Assembly (NCBI RefSeq): GCF_006345805.1
Contig: NC_043014.1
Span: forward strand, 25,978,001-26,042,000
Direction of reading: 5' to 3'
DNA length: 64,000 nt
Source of the DNA: Octopus sinensis
Lineage: Eukaryota
Position numbers and translations under genes: made by a program. Below, one piece after another: positions 61,900 to 64,000 of the stretch (within the stretch, counting starts at the first letter, position 1; each line of letters starts with the position of its first letter). The notes beneath the pieces are model-generated. The model did not search any database. It saw only the letters and a list, made by a program, of their open reading frames with translations, and had not been told where the DNA came from.

Positions 61900-63460
61900 T
61901 GGAAATCCCTAGCAATCAGGGCTCTCTGAATTTCTCCTGATTAGAAGGGAGCCGCCTTTGTTGCGTACAGCAATCTTCACTGCAGGTTTCAAGATATCCA
62001 AAACATGTTATGGATTAACCCTGCAAAGAGAACACAATTTAGTGCTGACACTGGAGATTATAAAAAGTTTTATCGGATTTTGAAGTCAGTTTCGGATCTT
62101 TCGCACCGAGGCATCCAGATTTGATGGAACCCCACTAAAGATTCAAAAGGATGGGTATCCAGTATTGCACGGCATATTTCATGAATCCTTTTATAAATGT
62201 TAAGAAGGACAAACATCATATCCCCGTTATGTCGCCATTATCTCATTCTCCAATATCAAGGGAGTAATTAATGAGGGTAAGTTCTGTATCGCAGGAAAAA
62301 TCCTCGCAAAATTACTTATAATCAGGCCGATACCCACTATTGTAGAAATCCCCCTCTAAGAATATCAACTCGTGTTCGGAGCCTATATGAAAGTCATCCA
62401 TTTGGTATTTGTTCTCAAGCAGTATCCAGAGGAATATAGAAAACGAAACAAGGGGCTTTATGCGATTTTGTCGGTCATGCAAAATCATTCGAAGCAGTGA
62501 AAAAAAGGGTCTATGGGAAGCCAGGGATGTACTAGCATGTCCAATCCCAAATTCTTTGATATATTCAACTAACTAGCATAGTGAAGTTAAACAAACCAAA
62601 ATGCTCTCAAAGCCTTTCCTAAGAGGGAGGATGTAAAGCCAACTATTTCTTCACTCCTACACTCATCATGACCTTCTATAGCATGATGCTCATAAGGGCC
62701 ACAAATCAATGTTAAGATATTTTGCTATGCTAGATATTAGAAATAGTGTATATATATCTTCACACGGGAGTGAAGTTGTAAATAAAATAGTTAATGTGGA
62801 TCCCTATCAAAAGATTCACTAAATATTTAAATAGGCATTCGTATGTTATTTTCACAGCTTCGTCTATCGGGAAGGAGAGCTCAATGGTTTTCGCAGACCC
62901 TTGCAATCCAGTGAAATGAATGCGGTTGAACAATTGCCAGTTGACGATGCTGGAAACACATTGGCAAAACAGGAAGTTCACAGGATGATGGGAACAAAGA
63001 AATGGATGGGTCCTTGATAAGGAGAATAATCTCTACATCCTGTACCGTACTAATGGAAACCTGTTCATCTCGACACGATTATAGTTCTACATCGAAACGC
63101 TGGAACTCATCCGGGAGCTCCTCTTCTGCGCTTGTTACCCATACATGATATTTTTATGCGCTACTATCCAACTGTACATGTAACATACTGTTGGGTAGAG
63201 GATGCCGAGATCTTCGGACCGAAAGTCAGCTTGAAGAAAATAGAAGTTCTCTTCAGTTGAAACCTAGAGTGATTATCACCTTGCTTGTTATCCCTATCAA
63301 TGAGACAAATCTGAAGACAAGCACATCTGTTCAACTCATTTTGAATGGAATATTGCAATACCAGTAGCTTCTTTCTGAGAGGTAATAGATAGTAAATAAT
63401 ATATCTAAGTTAATTTTCTCTATGACGAATCAGCCAACCATAGTGTTATACGCAAGCCAT
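61900..63460 (-). mobile_element. Heavily decayed LINE RT remnant (L1/Tx1-like)
   Basis: Weak broken motifs only (ALLPDRRSCENNI, SESFDRDPH); assignment tentative. Confidence 0.35.
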
Positions 63461-64000
63461 TTTCAGCTGTATTTGGCTTTACTCAAGGCAGCGTACAGTT
63501 GGATAGTAGCGCATAAAAATATGACATTATTTTCATACCAGATACATGGTTGAATGCTTTCAACTAAATATCCCCACCTAGTCCCTAAGAACCAGGTGGG
63601 GATATTTAAAATGGAACGACGAATTAGGTCAATGACCAATTACAAATGGGAACAAACTTCTCTGCAGATTGGACTCATTGATCTCATTCTACTGGGTTCC
63701 ATTCCGTAAACAACATACACACTTATACACATATATATGCACACCTCGCACGCACATCGACACGTTCTCACACGTATGTATATATGTGTGCGCATATATA
63801 TATATCAATATTTATAAATATGAAATGCGAAAAGTTTGCTTGTCTGGTTTTGGCATTGGAACGGGTTAAAGGCCACTGGATCCCGTCGGATAGACTCCAA
63901 AATTTACAGGGACATGTAAAATAAGGTGAGGATGTCAGTGGGCTAGGTTAGAAATCCCTACCTCAAAAGCTGTGGTTACTAGGGCAAAAAACGCACACTT

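Overview
AT-rich, microsatellite-dense animal DNA; the repeat content resembles an octopus genome, which is my inference and not a search result. One host gene is recognisable: the 5' part of an Rh50-family (Amt/Mep/Rh) ammonia/CO2 channel on the minus strand. It has five coding exons (18792-18672, 10708-10531, 8705-8555, 2720-2576, 1838-1675; 253 codons) and continues off the left edge. The rest is mostly transposon debris: R4/Dong-like, RTE, Tx1 and CR1-like LINEs, tRNA-derived SINEs, Tc1/mariner/maT, a Chapaev3-like element, Helitrons, MITEs and Penelope-like elements (PLEs). The main unannotated signal is about ten unrelated short non-coding elements, mostly embedded in (TA)n tracts, that carry type I hammerhead ribozyme (HHR) motifs with very short, usually palindromic stem III. 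They recur as head-to-head inverted copies with both RNA 3' ends facing outward and/or as 1-1.6 tandem units of 330-540 nt. Two have a compensatory U3-A8 core, four families show a CCGANGA core, and in one case the element boundary falls on the predicted self-cleavage site (less securely in two more). All structures were read by eye and none was folded computationally or tested.
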